Origin: Pseudomonadota bacterium
GTDB lineage: Bacteria > Pseudomonadota > Alphaproteobacteria > Sphingomonadales > Sphingomonadaceae
Reading direction: 5' to 3'
Assembly (NCBI GenBank): GCA_023433445.1
Contig: JAEZCS010000058.1
Location: 885-64,884 of the forward strand
DNA: 64,000 nt
Below the pieces are notes generated by a model. The model did not search any database. It had not been told where the DNA came from and was given only the letters and a program-made list of their open reading frames with translations. This document shows positions 46,610-55,425 of the stretch, piece after piece; position 1 is the first letter of the stretch; every line of letters starts with the position of its first letter. The position numbers and the translations under genes were made by a program.

Positions 46610-47631
46610 GCATAGCGCTTCCAATTGTCGAGCATGCCGAAAATCATGCGCATGCCCACCGAAAAACCGCGCCAGTTGTTGACGTTGCCGCCCTTGCTGA
46701 CCCCAACCCGCGGATGGAAAGTGATGGGGCACTCGAGCAGGACCAGTCCGTTGCCGAGCGCGGTATCGAGGAAATGGGCGTTGAATTCGAGATTTACCGC
46801 AGGCTTCAGGCTGCCGAGCAGGGGGATCAGGGATTCCCGTCGGCACAGCTTGTAGGTCGTGCCGACATCGGTGATCGTGCCGCGGCCCAAATGCTTCGCT
46901 TCCAGGAGCTTGCCGACAAAGATATTGCCGTAATACATGAAGGTGGAAAGCTGCGTGAAGTACTGGCGCAGAGGCTCAACCGTCCTTGTGCCATTTACTA
47001 TGTCGGCATGTGGCGCATAGGCCAGCAGCTTTTCTATGTCATAGGCGCGAAAGGTGCTGTCGCCTTCGCATAGGACAACAAATTCGGTATCCTCGAACTT
47101 CACCGCTTCTGAAAGGCAGCGAAAGACACAACGGCCATAGCCCGGCGCCAATTCGTTGAAGGTGATAGCGCCTGCACTTTCCGCCCGCTGGAAAGTGCGG
47201 TCGCTGCTGTTGTTGCTGACAACAATCACGCGCTCCACCAGTGGATGATCCAGAAAATCCCTGACCGCAGGCGCGATACTATCCTCATCATTATAGGCCG
47301 TCAGCGCCACGGTTACGCGACGTCGACTGACAGGCTGAAAGCGGACGGGTTCATTGGGCTTCTTGCCTCCGAACAGGAAGAGGAGATCGAAGAGAGCAAA
47401 GGCTAGTCCCAGCACGATCGGAACGCCACTGTACCATACAAGCCAGGCAGAAACCGGATCGAGCAGATCACGCAGGCCTAGTAAATACCGGGGAAAAACC
47501 AGCAGAACGCCGATTAGATAGGCACCGAAGCCGAGGATCAACAACAAGACGCCATAGAGCAGAAAGGGCGTATGATTATTCTGTTTCGTGGCGTTCTTCA
47601 TTGTGCCCCCAGCCAATGGTGCTGAAGACAC
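46606..47631 (-). CDS. membrane-anchored glycosyltransferase family 2 (polyprenyl-phosphate sugar synthase-like)
   Basis: Two N-terminal TM segments are followed by ..VTVALTAYNDEDSIAPAVRDFL..VIVVSNNSSDRT..VVLCEGDSTF... Confidence 0.75.
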   Translation of the reverse strand: MSSAPLAGGTMKNATKQNNHTPFLLYGVLLLILGFGAYLIGVLLVFPRYLLGLRDLLDPVSAWLVWYSGVPIVLGLAFALFDLLFLFGGKKPNEPVRFQPVSRRRVTVALTAYNDEDSIAPAVRDFLDHPLVERVIVVSNNSSDRTFQRAESAGAITFNELAPGYGRCVFRCLSEAVKFEDTEFVVLCEGDSTFRAYDIEKLLAYAPHADIVNGTRTVEPLRQYFTQLSTFMYYGNIFVGKLLEAKHLGRGTITDVGTTYKLCRRESLIPLLGSLKPAVNLEFNAHFLDTALGNGLVLLECPITFHPRVGVSKGGNVNNWRGFSVGMRMIFGMLDNWKRYA

Positions 47632-47674
47632 TTAAATTTCATATGGTTAATTATGCGTAATGAGGCTGCAATTC

Positions 47675-48073
47675 TCAGGCGGTCCGAAAGACCCAATGGC
47701 GCGCGACGAGGAATGTCATGAAGGGAGTGGCGGCGATCATCAATATGATCGGGGTCCAGCTTGCCAAACCCAACCTGCCGGTCAACAGCCAGACCCACAG
47801 TGAGTTAAGCCCGAAGGCAGCGACCGACATCACCAAATATCGTACCATGCTGGGGAAATTGATGTTGCTCTGCCGAAAACTGTAGAGCCGGTGCATCTGA
47901 TAGCCCAAAGCCAGTTGCGTGGTATAGGCCACGTAATTGGCTAGCAGCGGCGCCCAGCCTAGCAAGACCGCGCACATATAATAGGTCGCAACTGCAACCA
48001 GTGCGACGCCGCCACCATTAATGGCAAAGCGGAGAAACGCCGCCCAGCAAGACTGGCTCAAAATGGCCCTCAT
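47675..48073 (-). CDS. gtrA: GtrA-family membrane protein (polyprenyl-phosphate-sugar flippase-like)
   Basis: 132 aa with four TM segments and ..RFAINGGGVALVAVATYY..ANYVAYTTQLALGYQMHRLYSFR.. typical of GtrA-like proteins. Confidence 0.8.
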   Translation of the reverse strand: MRAILSQSCWAAFLRFAINGGGVALVAVATYYMCAVLLGWAPLLANYVAYTTQLALGYQMHRLYSFRQSNINFPSMVRYLVMSVAAFGLNSLWVWLLTGRLGLASWTPIILMIAATPFMTFLVARHWVFRTA

Positions 48074-48155
48074 GACGATATCATGAATAGGGAAGCAGCG
48101 TTAACGGCTCGTTGATATACTCCTGCAGCAAACCGCTCGTCGACTTGTTCCATTC

Positions 48156-48187
48156 GGTATCTTTCAGATACTAGATGGATACTATTC
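48156..48187. repeat. AT-rich composite motif, copy F (GGTATCTTTCAGATACTAGATGGATACTATTC)
   Basis: Read directly. It lies in the 133-bp gap between the 527-aa membrane gene and gtrA. Confidence 0.55.
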
Positions 48188-48206
48188 AAACTAATTGCTG
48201 CGATGC

Positions 48207-49790
48207 TTATACAGCTGGAACGAAATTCGGGCATTCCGGGTCATAATGCGCCGGTTCACGAGGCGTGATGCGATCATAGGCATAAAACCAAGGCGTTGGT
48301 TTCCGTTCGCGATAATTATGCCCCAGATAAGAGCGGATATCCGCACGGCGCAGGAAAAACGCCCGAACATCGAAGCTTGATGGCTGATATGTGTAATTGG
48401 CGCGGCGCTCGAACAGGATCAAGGCAGGCGAGGAACAGCGTATTTCCAGCGCTGCTTCTTCCTGCACCCGCTTCGCCAAGGCGCGTAGCGGCCCTGGATT
48501 GGGGCCAATTACCTCACCATGCGCTATCGCCGGTATCATCCAGTAAGCATAGAGGCGCGATGGCCAGGCAAGTCCATGATCTCCAACCGTCGGCCATCCC
48601 CACATTGGTTCGCTTGACGCAATGAAGACGGGGCTCCCCTCTGGCAATGTAGCCAAAACCGGATCAATCTTGCCCCTGAAGAAGTTAAAATAGGGACCGG
48701 TCATGACTGGCATCAATATGGGCAGTGCCAGCATGAGCAGTCCAATGCCGGTCGGGATCAACCGACGCATGTCGGCCATCCCCAATCGTACGCCCAGCGC
48801 CAATGCCGCCGCGCCCGTCACAGGCACGCTGTGATAGAGCCACCCCTTGCGCTGAAGAAAATAGGCAAAGCCATAGCCAATGGCGACAATCAGCAGGGTA
48901 GAAACCAATGGGTTCGCTTTCCTGCCGAACGCTCCACCAAAAGTCAGGAAAAATGCGGCGATGAAGGCCCAGATCACGATCCAGGGCCGCAACAATATCG
49001 CCTCCCATGATGATTCAAAGCCGTGGTAAGCCATGCGGACCATCGGCAGATTGTCAGTGAAAAAAGCAGGGGTGAGCAAGATCACCGCGGCTGCATAGAC
49101 CAAGGCGAAAAGCCCCAGCGCGACGGTTTCCGGCCGGACAGGGCGCCATTGGGAGCGATTGCACGCGGCTAGCCACAATTCCAGCAACACCGGAATGATC
49201 ACGAAATAATGCTTTAACGCAAATCCGTAAGCGGCTGCGATGCCCACAAGAAGCGCCAATGCCGGGGACACGCCTCCCCCTGTGGTCCGGCGCGCGATCA
49301 ATGCTGCGTAAGCAACAGAGCAAATCAACGTGATATGTTCGCGCTGGCCGAAGTCATAGAGTGGCCCAACCAAGATGAGCCAGAATGACAGGAGCATCAC
49401 CGCAAGCCGCGCGATTGGGGATGGAAAGGCCGATAGCCGCCCGATCGCCAGTACAGACAAGGTGGCGAGGCCTATGATTCCGATCACCAGCAGGCGCAGC
49501 GGCGGCATGGATAGCCATGCCGCGGTGTCCCGCACCGGCATGGCCGACCAGAACCAGAGAGGGGGGTTTACTTCCCACACATCACGGTAGAGCAGCGCGC
49601 CATTGATCATCTGGCGGGCGACCCAAAACTGCCACACGACATCATGCGTGAGCGGAATATCGTATAGCAATATCGCCGAGATGCCGGATACCACGCAAAT
49701 CAGGATTTCCGGCAGATAGCGTTTCGCCCAGGAACCCACCGCACCATCAAGGTCAGTGCGGTACAGCCATTCTAGCAGATTGCTCCTCAT
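48207..49790 (-). CDS. polytopic membrane protein, GT-C-like glycosyltransferase candidate
   Basis: 527 aa. The first loop is ..LTHDVVWQFWVARQMINGALLYRDVWEVNPPLWFW.., followed by more than 10 TM segments. The overall layout is ArnT/GT83/GT87-like. Confidence 0.65.
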   Translation of the reverse strand: MRSNLLEWLYRTDLDGAVGSWAKRYLPEILICVVSGISAILLYDIPLTHDVVWQFWVARQMINGALLYRDVWEVNPPLWFWSAMPVRDTAAWLSMPPLRLLVIGIIGLATLSVLAIGRLSAFPSPIARLAVMLLSFWLILVGPLYDFGQREHITLICSVAYAALIARRTTGGGVSPALALLVGIAAAYGFALKHYFVIIPVLLELWLAACNRSQWRPVRPETVALGLFALVYAAAVILLTPAFFTDNLPMVRMAYHGFESSWEAILLRPWIVIWAFIAAFFLTFGGAFGRKANPLVSTLLIVAIGYGFAYFLQRKGWLYHSVPVTGAAALALGVRLGMADMRRLIPTGIGLLMLALPILMPVMTGPYFNFFRGKIDPVLATLPEGSPVFIASSEPMWGWPTVGDHGLAWPSRLYAYWMIPAIAHGEVIGPNPGPLRALAKRVQEEAALEIRCSSPALILFERRANYTYQPSSFDVRAFFLRRADIRSYLGHNYRERKPTPWFYAYDRITPREPAHYDPECPNFVPAV

Positions 49791-49881
49791 GGCAATTTTG
49801 TACCAACGGCAAATTGATGAATGATAAAGAATAGTTGGTAACCATGGGCGGTCGCTAGGCTAATGCTGCCCCCCAGCAGGT

Positions 49882-49909
49882 GGATAACCGATAGCTATCC
49901 AATATCTAC
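49882..49909. repeat. AT-rich composite motif, copy G (GGATAACCGATAGCTATCCAATATCTAC)
   Basis: Read directly, about 90 bp upstream of the 527-aa membrane gene start. The overlapping GGTGGATAAC is also 8/9 to a DnaA-box-like sequence (see the rejected list). Confidence 0.55.
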
Positions 49910-50044
49910 TCTCTGCGATAATTATCCTGAGCAGCAGCGCGGCATAGATTCCCATGACAAAGAACGAAGCGGCTCATCAAAGAAGGCGCCGAACAGCGCC
50001 TTCTCCGCGACAGGAGCCCTTTCCTCCTTCTGCCACGACTGATA

Positions 50045-50082
50045 GGAGTCGTTTGCGGGAGGGGGCGGAATCCTACGCTAAG
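50045..50082 (+). repeat. Tn3-family left terminal inverted repeat
   Basis: GGAGTCGTTTGCGGGAGGGGGCGGAATCCTACGCTAAG. Its inner end, ..ACGCTAAG, matches the family hallmark ACGYTAAG. Confidence 0.85.
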
Positions 50083-50108
50083 CTGTCATCATCCTTGCTT
50101 GGCGCGGG

Positions 50109-51638
50109 TCAGTTTTCTGAGCGATCAGGCTTATCCGGATGGATCTGGATGATGACGCGCCGGTAGCGTGTCAGGGCTGGCGTACCATCATCGGTAATTT
50201 GGAGAATTACATGGATTTCGCCTGGCTTGCAGGCGGACGTGCAAGTGGATGCGATCCGCGCACGCGGATTGTTCTCATCGGTCAGGCTGACCTTTGGCAG
50301 TATCCGACCGAATGTTGAACCGGCCTCCTGATACACGGACCATCGATAGATGAGGGCCTGCCCTCGATCCTTATCGTAGCTGGCCGAAGCATCAAGGTCG
50401 ATCACTCCGCCGGGCGTCAATTGCATGGTGATCGGCGCCAGCCCCTTTGAGCCGTTGACGACCGGCACGGGTGGGTGATTTGCCTCGGCAAACGGCTTGA
50501 TGGTCCAGTCCATGCGTGCGGCGAAGTCATTCTGGAAGGCGCTGCGCCAGCGCCAGATCGTGGCCTGGTCCGAACGATGCAGGCGTCCATCGATACCGCC
50601 CACTTCGTCGCGTGAATCGAGTCCGGCAGAAGGAAAGCCCCCCTGCGTCCAGATCGGCCCGCCGGCCAGCGGATGACGCCGCCATATGTAACGTCCGCCC
50701 CATCCACCCCAACCGGGGCTCATCGCGCTGCCCAGTCCGTTGGGAATCAGGTTGAGGAAGGACGGCGTATCCCCCTCCATAATGGCATAGGCATAGGGAT
50801 AGCGACCGCCAAGCGGCCCCTTACGGACGTTCCGCCCCAACCATCCGTTGGTGACGATCGAACTATCCGCGCCATCGCCATTGCGATAGAAGACATCGCC
50901 CGAAATGCCTGACCAGGTTGCCGATCCGTAGTCGAGCACATCGTCCGACGAGGGCGAGACGATATAGCGCAGGTTCGGGAAGCCGCGACGTATCCATAGG
51001 CCGGCATCGTCCTGATCGGAGATCGAGTAGATTCGTAGCTTCGCCACGAATTTCGCCAGAGCAGCCGGTGTCCTTGTCACACGGACCCTTTCAAGCGCTT
51101 CGGCCAGCACATTGGCGCCGCCCCAGATCGCAACCCAGAGCGGCCTGCCGTCCGCGCGATCGACGGCGGCGATCAGGGCCAAGGCCCCCGACGAGGGGTG
51201 CGCGGCGTCGATTGCCGCCATGCCATAGGCTTTAGGACCAGAGGAGATGCGGGAGCGTAGGTCCGCCGCAGACGGCCATCCCTCCGCATTCTTCAGCAAC
51301 ATCGGTCGCACACTTCCATATGTGTCGATGATCGACGTTAGCGTCTCGGGATGCGTTTCATTGGGTAAATGGATGGACGTAGTGGCGGCGACCCCCTCGA
51401 TATCGATTTCATTGGCGTAGAGGAGCAGACGAATGAACGACATCTGGTCGTCGGGCTCGTTGCCGATGTCGGTGAGTACGAACAGGCGTGATTTGTCTGC
51501 ATAAGCGTCAGCAGGCGGAGGCCGCCGTTCAACCGTCCAGGCCGGACCCGAATTGGCAGCGGTGCAAATCACCATTGCGAGTGTTGCGAGGAGCGTCTGT
51601 CCACTATTTCGAACCACTCGGAGATGGCGTGCCATCAT
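50109..51638 (-). CDS. secreted DUF1593-type protein (nucleoside-hydrolase-like N-domain), transposon passenger
   Basis: A signal peptide is followed by ..LFVLTDIGNEPDDQMSFIRLLLYANEIDIEGVAATTS.., the motif I associate with DUF1593. It lies entirely inside the Tn3-family element. Confidence 0.7.
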   Translation of the reverse strand: MMARHLRVVRNSGQTLLATLAMVICTAANSGPAWTVERRPPPADAYADKSRLFVLTDIGNEPDDQMSFIRLLLYANEIDIEGVAATTSIHLPNETHPETLTSIIDTYGSVRPMLLKNAEGWPSAADLRSRISSGPKAYGMAAIDAAHPSSGALALIAAVDRADGRPLWVAIWGGANVLAEALERVRVTRTPAALAKFVAKLRIYSISDQDDAGLWIRRGFPNLRYIVSPSSDDVLDYGSATWSGISGDVFYRNGDGADSSIVTNGWLGRNVRKGPLGGRYPYAYAIMEGDTPSFLNLIPNGLGSAMSPGWGGWGGRYIWRRHPLAGGPIWTQGGFPSAGLDSRDEVGGIDGRLHRSDQATIWRWRSAFQNDFAARMDWTIKPFAEANHPPVPVVNGSKGLAPITMQLTPGGVIDLDASASYDKDRGQALIYRWSVYQEAGSTFGRILPKVSLTDENNPRARIASTCTSACKPGEIHVILQITDDGTPALTRYRRVIIQIHPDKPDRSEN

Positions 51639-51759
51639 TATTTTGTTCCTTCATCGATGACCAGTAAGTCCTTGGCCGACATGTCACTACTCCTTTTAAT
51701 GCCATGCTGGTTCATGCATCGGACGTTACCTGAGCGAGAGGGCGCCTCGGGGTTCATTC

Positions 51760-52380
51760 TTATTCTATCGCTATGCCGAGGACGCGCTTTCCGTAAATCC
51801 TCAACTCGCCTTTAGGGCCGACGTAACGGTATAGCGTGACGCGCTCGATCCCGAGTTCCTTGCAGAGATCGGAGACGGAGGTGTCGCGCTGGGCCATGGC
51901 GGCCTGGGCCAGACGCACCTGCGCCTTGGAGAGAGCGAATTTGCGTCCGCCCTTGCGGCCGCGCGCGCGGGCCGCGGCGAGGCCCGCCATGGTGCGTTCG
52001 CGGATCATATCCCGCTCGAACTCCGCCAAGGTGGCGAAAATGCCGAACACCATGCGGCCTGATGGCGTGGTGTTGTCAATCTGCGCTCCCTTGCCGGTGA
52101 GGACGCGCAAGCCGATGCCGCGATGCGACAGGTTCTGCACAGTGCTGACCAAGTGGGTGAGCGTTCGACCGAGCCGGTCGAGTTTCCAAACGATCAGAAT
52201 ATCGCCATCGCGCAGCGATTTGAGGCAGGCGGCGAGACCTGGGCGATCATCGCGGCTGCCGGATGCGCGATCGTCATAGATATTCTCGGGCTCGACGCCG
52301 GCAGCGCGAAGGGCATCATGCTGCAGGTCGAGCGACTGCGAGCCATCGGCTTTCGACACGCGGGCGTAGCCGATCAGCAT
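51760..52380 (-). CDS. tnpR: serine recombinase / resolvase TnpR
   Basis: MLIGYARVSKADGSQSLDLQHDAL (catalytic Ser) ..LIVWKLDRLGR.. with a C-terminal HTH ..VSDLCKELGIERVTLYRYV. Confidence 0.93.
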   Translation of the reverse strand: MLIGYARVSKADGSQSLDLQHDALRAAGVEPENIYDDRASGSRDDRPGLAACLKSLRDGDILIVWKLDRLGRTLTHLVSTVQNLSHRGIGLRVLTGKGAQIDNTTPSGRMVFGIFATLAEFERDMIRERTMAGLAAARARGRKGGRKFALSKAQVRLAQAAMAQRDTSVSDLCKELGIERVTLYRYVGPKGELRIYGKRVLGIAIE

Positions 52381-52505
52381 GGATCACAAACGAAGGTTTG
52401 AGGTGGCGGGGCGAGCATAGGCATTTGACTACGCCATGGCGTATCTCAACCAGCATCGCAATCAAGCTATCTCAAAGATTGAGACGGAAAGAAAAAGGAA
52501 CATGC
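52381..52505. promoter_or_regulatory. candidate res site and divergent tnpR/tnpA promoters
   Basis: A 125-bp intergenic region containing the 12-bp palindrome ACGCCATGGCGT (52431-52442), the palindrome TCTCAA-aga-TTGAGA (52480-52494) and a repeated TATCTCAA half-site (52442-52449 and 52478-52485). Confidence 0.5.
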
Positions 52506-55397
52506 ATGCCCCGTCGCGTGACCCTGACCGATCGCCAGCGCGACGCGCTACTTCGTTTGCCGGTCGATCAGGGCGAGTTGCTGCGGCATTACACCCTCAG
52601 CGATGAGGATCTCGGACATATCCGGCAGCGCCGCAGACCTCACAATCGTTTCGGCTTCGCGCTGCAACTGTGCGTGCTGCGTTACCCCGGTCGGGTGCTG
52701 CCGCCGGGCGAAGTGATCCCGGCGCCAGTAACGGATTTTATCGCGGCCCAACTCGGGCTGAGCGGCGATGATCTGCTTCTCTATGCCATGCGCGAGGAAA
52801 CGCGGCATGAGCATCTGGCGGACCTGCGCAGGATCTACGGCTACCGCGCCTTTTCAGGTCGCGGTGCCCGCGATCTGCGTGAATGGATCGCGCGGGAGGC
52901 CGAGACGGCGACATCAAATGAGGATCTTGCTCGCCGCTTTGTCGGAGAATGCCGTCGTTTACGCACGATCCTACCAGCTCCATCGACGATCGAGCGGCTG
53001 TGCGCCGACGCATTGGTCGACGCCGAGCGCCGGATTGAGGATCGTATCGCCCGCCGCGTCACGCCCGCTCTGGGCGAGCAGTTGGCCACCTTGCTGGAAG
53101 ATACGATGGACGGTCGCATTACCCGGTTTGTCTGGCTGCGGCAATTTGAGGCAGGCGCGAACTCCGCCGCCGCCAACCGACTGATGGATCGACTGGAGTA
53201 TCTCCAGGACATCGATCTTCCCACAGACCTCGTGGTCGGCGTGCCGCCGCACAGAGTCAGCCGGTTGCGCCGGCAAGGCGAGCGCTATTATGCCGATGGT
53301 ATGCGCGATCTGCCCGAAGAAAGGCGGCTAGCGATCCTCGCGGTGTGTGCGCTGGAATGGCGGGCATCGCTGGCCGATGTCGTCGTGGAAACCCATGATC
53401 GCATTGTCGGCCGCCTCTATCGGGCGTCCGAGCGCCTTTGCAGCACCAGGATCGCCGACGAAAAGGCGGCCGTGCGGGACACACTGAAATCCTTTGCCGA
53501 CATTGGAGGTGCGCTGCTCGGGGCGCAGGACGATGGCGCGGCGCTGGAAAGAGTCATCATCACGGGGCCTGGCTGGGAACGATTGAGAACCCTCGTCGCC
53601 ACGGCCTCGGCTCTGACCAACGTCCTTGCGGCCGATCCCCTCAGCCGCGTGCTGGACGGCTATCACCGTTTCCGCCTCTATGTGCCCCGGATGCTGCGAC
53701 TGCTCGACATGCAGGGCGCGCCGATCGCCACGCCCCTTCTGGCGGCCGTCGCGATCCTGCGGAACGGGATCAGGGCCGACCCTCCCATGGATTTTCTGCG
53801 CCCCAACTCCAAATGGCATCGCCATCTCCGCGCCGGGCCCGCCGGTGACTACCGGCTTTGGGAAATCGCGGTGCTGTTCCATATCCGCGACGCCTTTCGG
53901 TCCGGCGACATATGGCTGGTGGGTTCGCGTCGCTATGCCGACCTCAAGCAGATACTACTCCCAGCCCAAGCGATAGAACATACCGCTCGCCTTACCGTGC
54001 CGCTGCGGCCCCATGAGTGGCTCGCGGAACGTAAGGCGCGAATGGATGAACGGCTGAAGGAACTGGGTCGTGCGGCGCGGGCCGGGGCGATCCCCGGCGG
54101 CATCATAGAAAATGGCAGGCTTCATATCGACAAGCTCAAGGCCGACACGCCGGAAGGCGCAGAGAATCTCGTGCTCGATCTATACCAACAGCTTCCGCCC
54201 GCCAGGATCACCGACCTGTTGCTGGAAGTCGATGAGCGAACCGGATTTTCCGAAGCCTTCACCCATTTGCGCACCGGGGCGCCCTGTGTGGACCGGATCG
54301 GGCTGATGAACGTCCTGCTGGCGGAAGGCGTCAATCTTGGCCTGCGCAAGATGGCGGCGGCGACCAACACGCACAGCTTCTGGGAATTGCTGCGAATTGC
54401 CCGCTGGCATGTCGAAGGCAGCGCCTATGATAGGGCGCTTGCCATGATAGTCGAGGCGCATGGTGCGCTTCCCATGGCGGCGTTCTGGGGCCAGGGCCAC
54501 TCCGCCTCCAGCGATGGGCAGTTCTTCGTCGCCACTGAACAGGGCGAAGCGATGAACATGGTCAACGCGAAATATGGCAATGTCCCGGGCCTAAAAGGAT
54601 ACAGCCATGTCTCCGATCAATACGCGCCATTCGCCACGCAGGTCATCCCGGCAACCGTCAGCGAGGCACCCTATATTCTCGACGGGCTGCTCATGAACGA
54701 CGCAGGCCGCCTTGTCCGTCAGCACTTTGCCGACACAGGTGGCTTTACCGATCATGTGTTCGCGGCATGCGCGCTCCTCGGCTACAGGTTCGCGCCGCGC
54801 ATCCGTGACCTGCCTCAAAAGCGGCTCTATGCCTTCGCTCCTGGTGCTACGCCCGCCAATGTGCGGGGGCTGGTCGGCGGAAAAATCAACGAACCGCTCA
54901 TCGAGCGGAACTGGCCTGACATCTTGCGGGTCATGGCCACGATCGCGGCGGGCATCGTTGCGCCCAGCCAGATTCTGCGCAAGCTGGCCTCCTATCCTCG
55001 CCAAAATGAATTGGCCCTTGCCCTGCGAGAAGTCGGCCGTGTCGAGCGAACCTTGTTCATGATCGACTGGATTCTCGACGCGGGCCTACAACGCCAGGCT
55101 CAGATCGGCCTCAATAAAGGCGAAGCCCATCATGCCCTGAAGCGGGCCATCAGCTTTCATCGGCGCGGTGAAATCCGGGACCGATCGGGCGAAGGCCAGC
55201 ATTATCGCATCGCCGGCATGAACCTGTTGGCCGCCATCATCATATTCTGGAACACAATGAAACTCGGAGATGTTGTCAGAAGCCGAGCCGCTGACGGCGC
55301 TGCCATCCCGCCCGATCTTCTCGCTCATGTCTCGCCGCTGGGCTGGGAGCACATCAACCTGACTGGCGAATATCGCTGGCCAAAATCCTTAGCGTAG
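52506..55397 (+). CDS. tnpA: Tn3-family transposase
   Basis: MPRRVTLTDRQRDALLRLPVDQGELLRHYTLSDEDL..FGFALQLCVLRYPGR is the typical Tn3 TnpA N-terminus. The length is about 963 aa and the C-terminal DDE region includes ..SSDGQFF... The start is set at the ATG at 52506; the track ORF begins at 52263 inside tnpR. Confidence 0.95.
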   Translation: MPRRVTLTDRQRDALLRLPVDQGELLRHYTLSDEDLGHIRQRRRPHNRFGFALQLCVLRYPGRVLPPGEVIPAPVTDFIAAQLGLSGDDLLLYAMREETRHEHLADLRRIYGYRAFSGRGARDLREWIAREAETATSNEDLARRFVGECRRLRTILPAPSTIERLCADALVDAERRIEDRIARRVTPALGEQLATLLEDTMDGRITRFVWLRQFEAGANSAAANRLMDRLEYLQDIDLPTDLVVGVPPHRVSRLRRQGERYYADGMRDLPEERRLAILAVCALEWRASLADVVVETHDRIVGRLYRASERLCSTRIADEKAAVRDTLKSFADIGGALLGAQDDGAALERVIITGPGWERLRTLVATASALTNVLAADPLSRVLDGYHRFRLYVPRMLRLLDMQGAPIATPLLAAVAILRNGIRADPPMDFLRPNSKWHRHLRAGPAGDYRLWEIAVLFHIRDAFRSGDIWLVGSRRYADLKQILLPAQAIEHTARLTVPLRPHEWLAERKARMDERLKELGRAARAGAIPGGIIENGRLHIDKLKADTPEGAENLVLDLYQQLPPARITDLLLEVDERTGFSEAFTHLRTGAPCVDRIGLMNVLLAEGVNLGLRKMAAATNTHSFWELLRIARWHVEGSAYDRALAMIVEAHGALPMAAFWGQGHSASSDGQFFVATEQGEAMNMVNAKYGNVPGLKGYSHVSDQYAPFATQVIPATVSEAPYILDGLLMNDAGRLVRQHFADTGGFTDHVFAACALLGYRFAPRIRDLPQKRLYAFAPGATPANVRGLVGGKINEPLIERNWPDILRVMATIAAGIVAPSQILRKLASYPRQNELALALREVGRVERTLFMIDWILDAGLQRQAQIGLNKGEAHHALKRAISFHRRGEIRDRSGEGQHYRIAGMNLLAAIIIFWNTMKLGDVVRSRAADGAAIPPDLLAHVSPLGWEHINLTGEYRWPKSLA

Positions 55398-55425
55398 GAT
55401 TTCGCCCCCTCCCGCAAACGCCCCC
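55388..55425 (-). repeat. Tn3-family right terminal inverted repeat
   Basis: The reverse complement reads GGGGGCGTTTGCGGGAGGGGGCGAAATCCTACGCTAAG. Confidence 0.85.

Larger units (their letters stand above)
50045..55425 (+). mobile_element. Tn3-family transposon (IR - DUF1593 passenger - tnpR - res - tnpA - IR) with 5-bp target-site duplication
   Basis: 38-bp terminal inverted repeats match at 35/38 positions. Each is flanked by TGATA (50040-50044 and 55426-55430). tnpR and tnpA are divergent, and the tnpA stop lies inside the right IR, as in Tn3-family elements. Confidence 0.88.

Noticed and set aside
49879-49890. DnaA-box-like GGTGGATAAC
   Set aside because: It is a single 8/9 match embedded in copy G of the AT-rich motif and far from the iterons. 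It is more economically explained as part of that motif.
49982-50003. Hairpin GAAGGCGC-cgaaca-GCGCCTTC just left of the transposon
   Set aside because: It could be a terminator for a minus-strand transcript (followed by TTTGAT on that strand), but no convincing gene ends there, and the small ORF 49954..50166 is interrupted by the Tn and has odd composition. Left uncalled.
52263-52505. Upstream extension of the transposase ORF
   Set aside because: It overlaps tnpR and the res region. The conserved Tn3-family N-terminus starts at MPRRVTLTDRQRDALL (52506).
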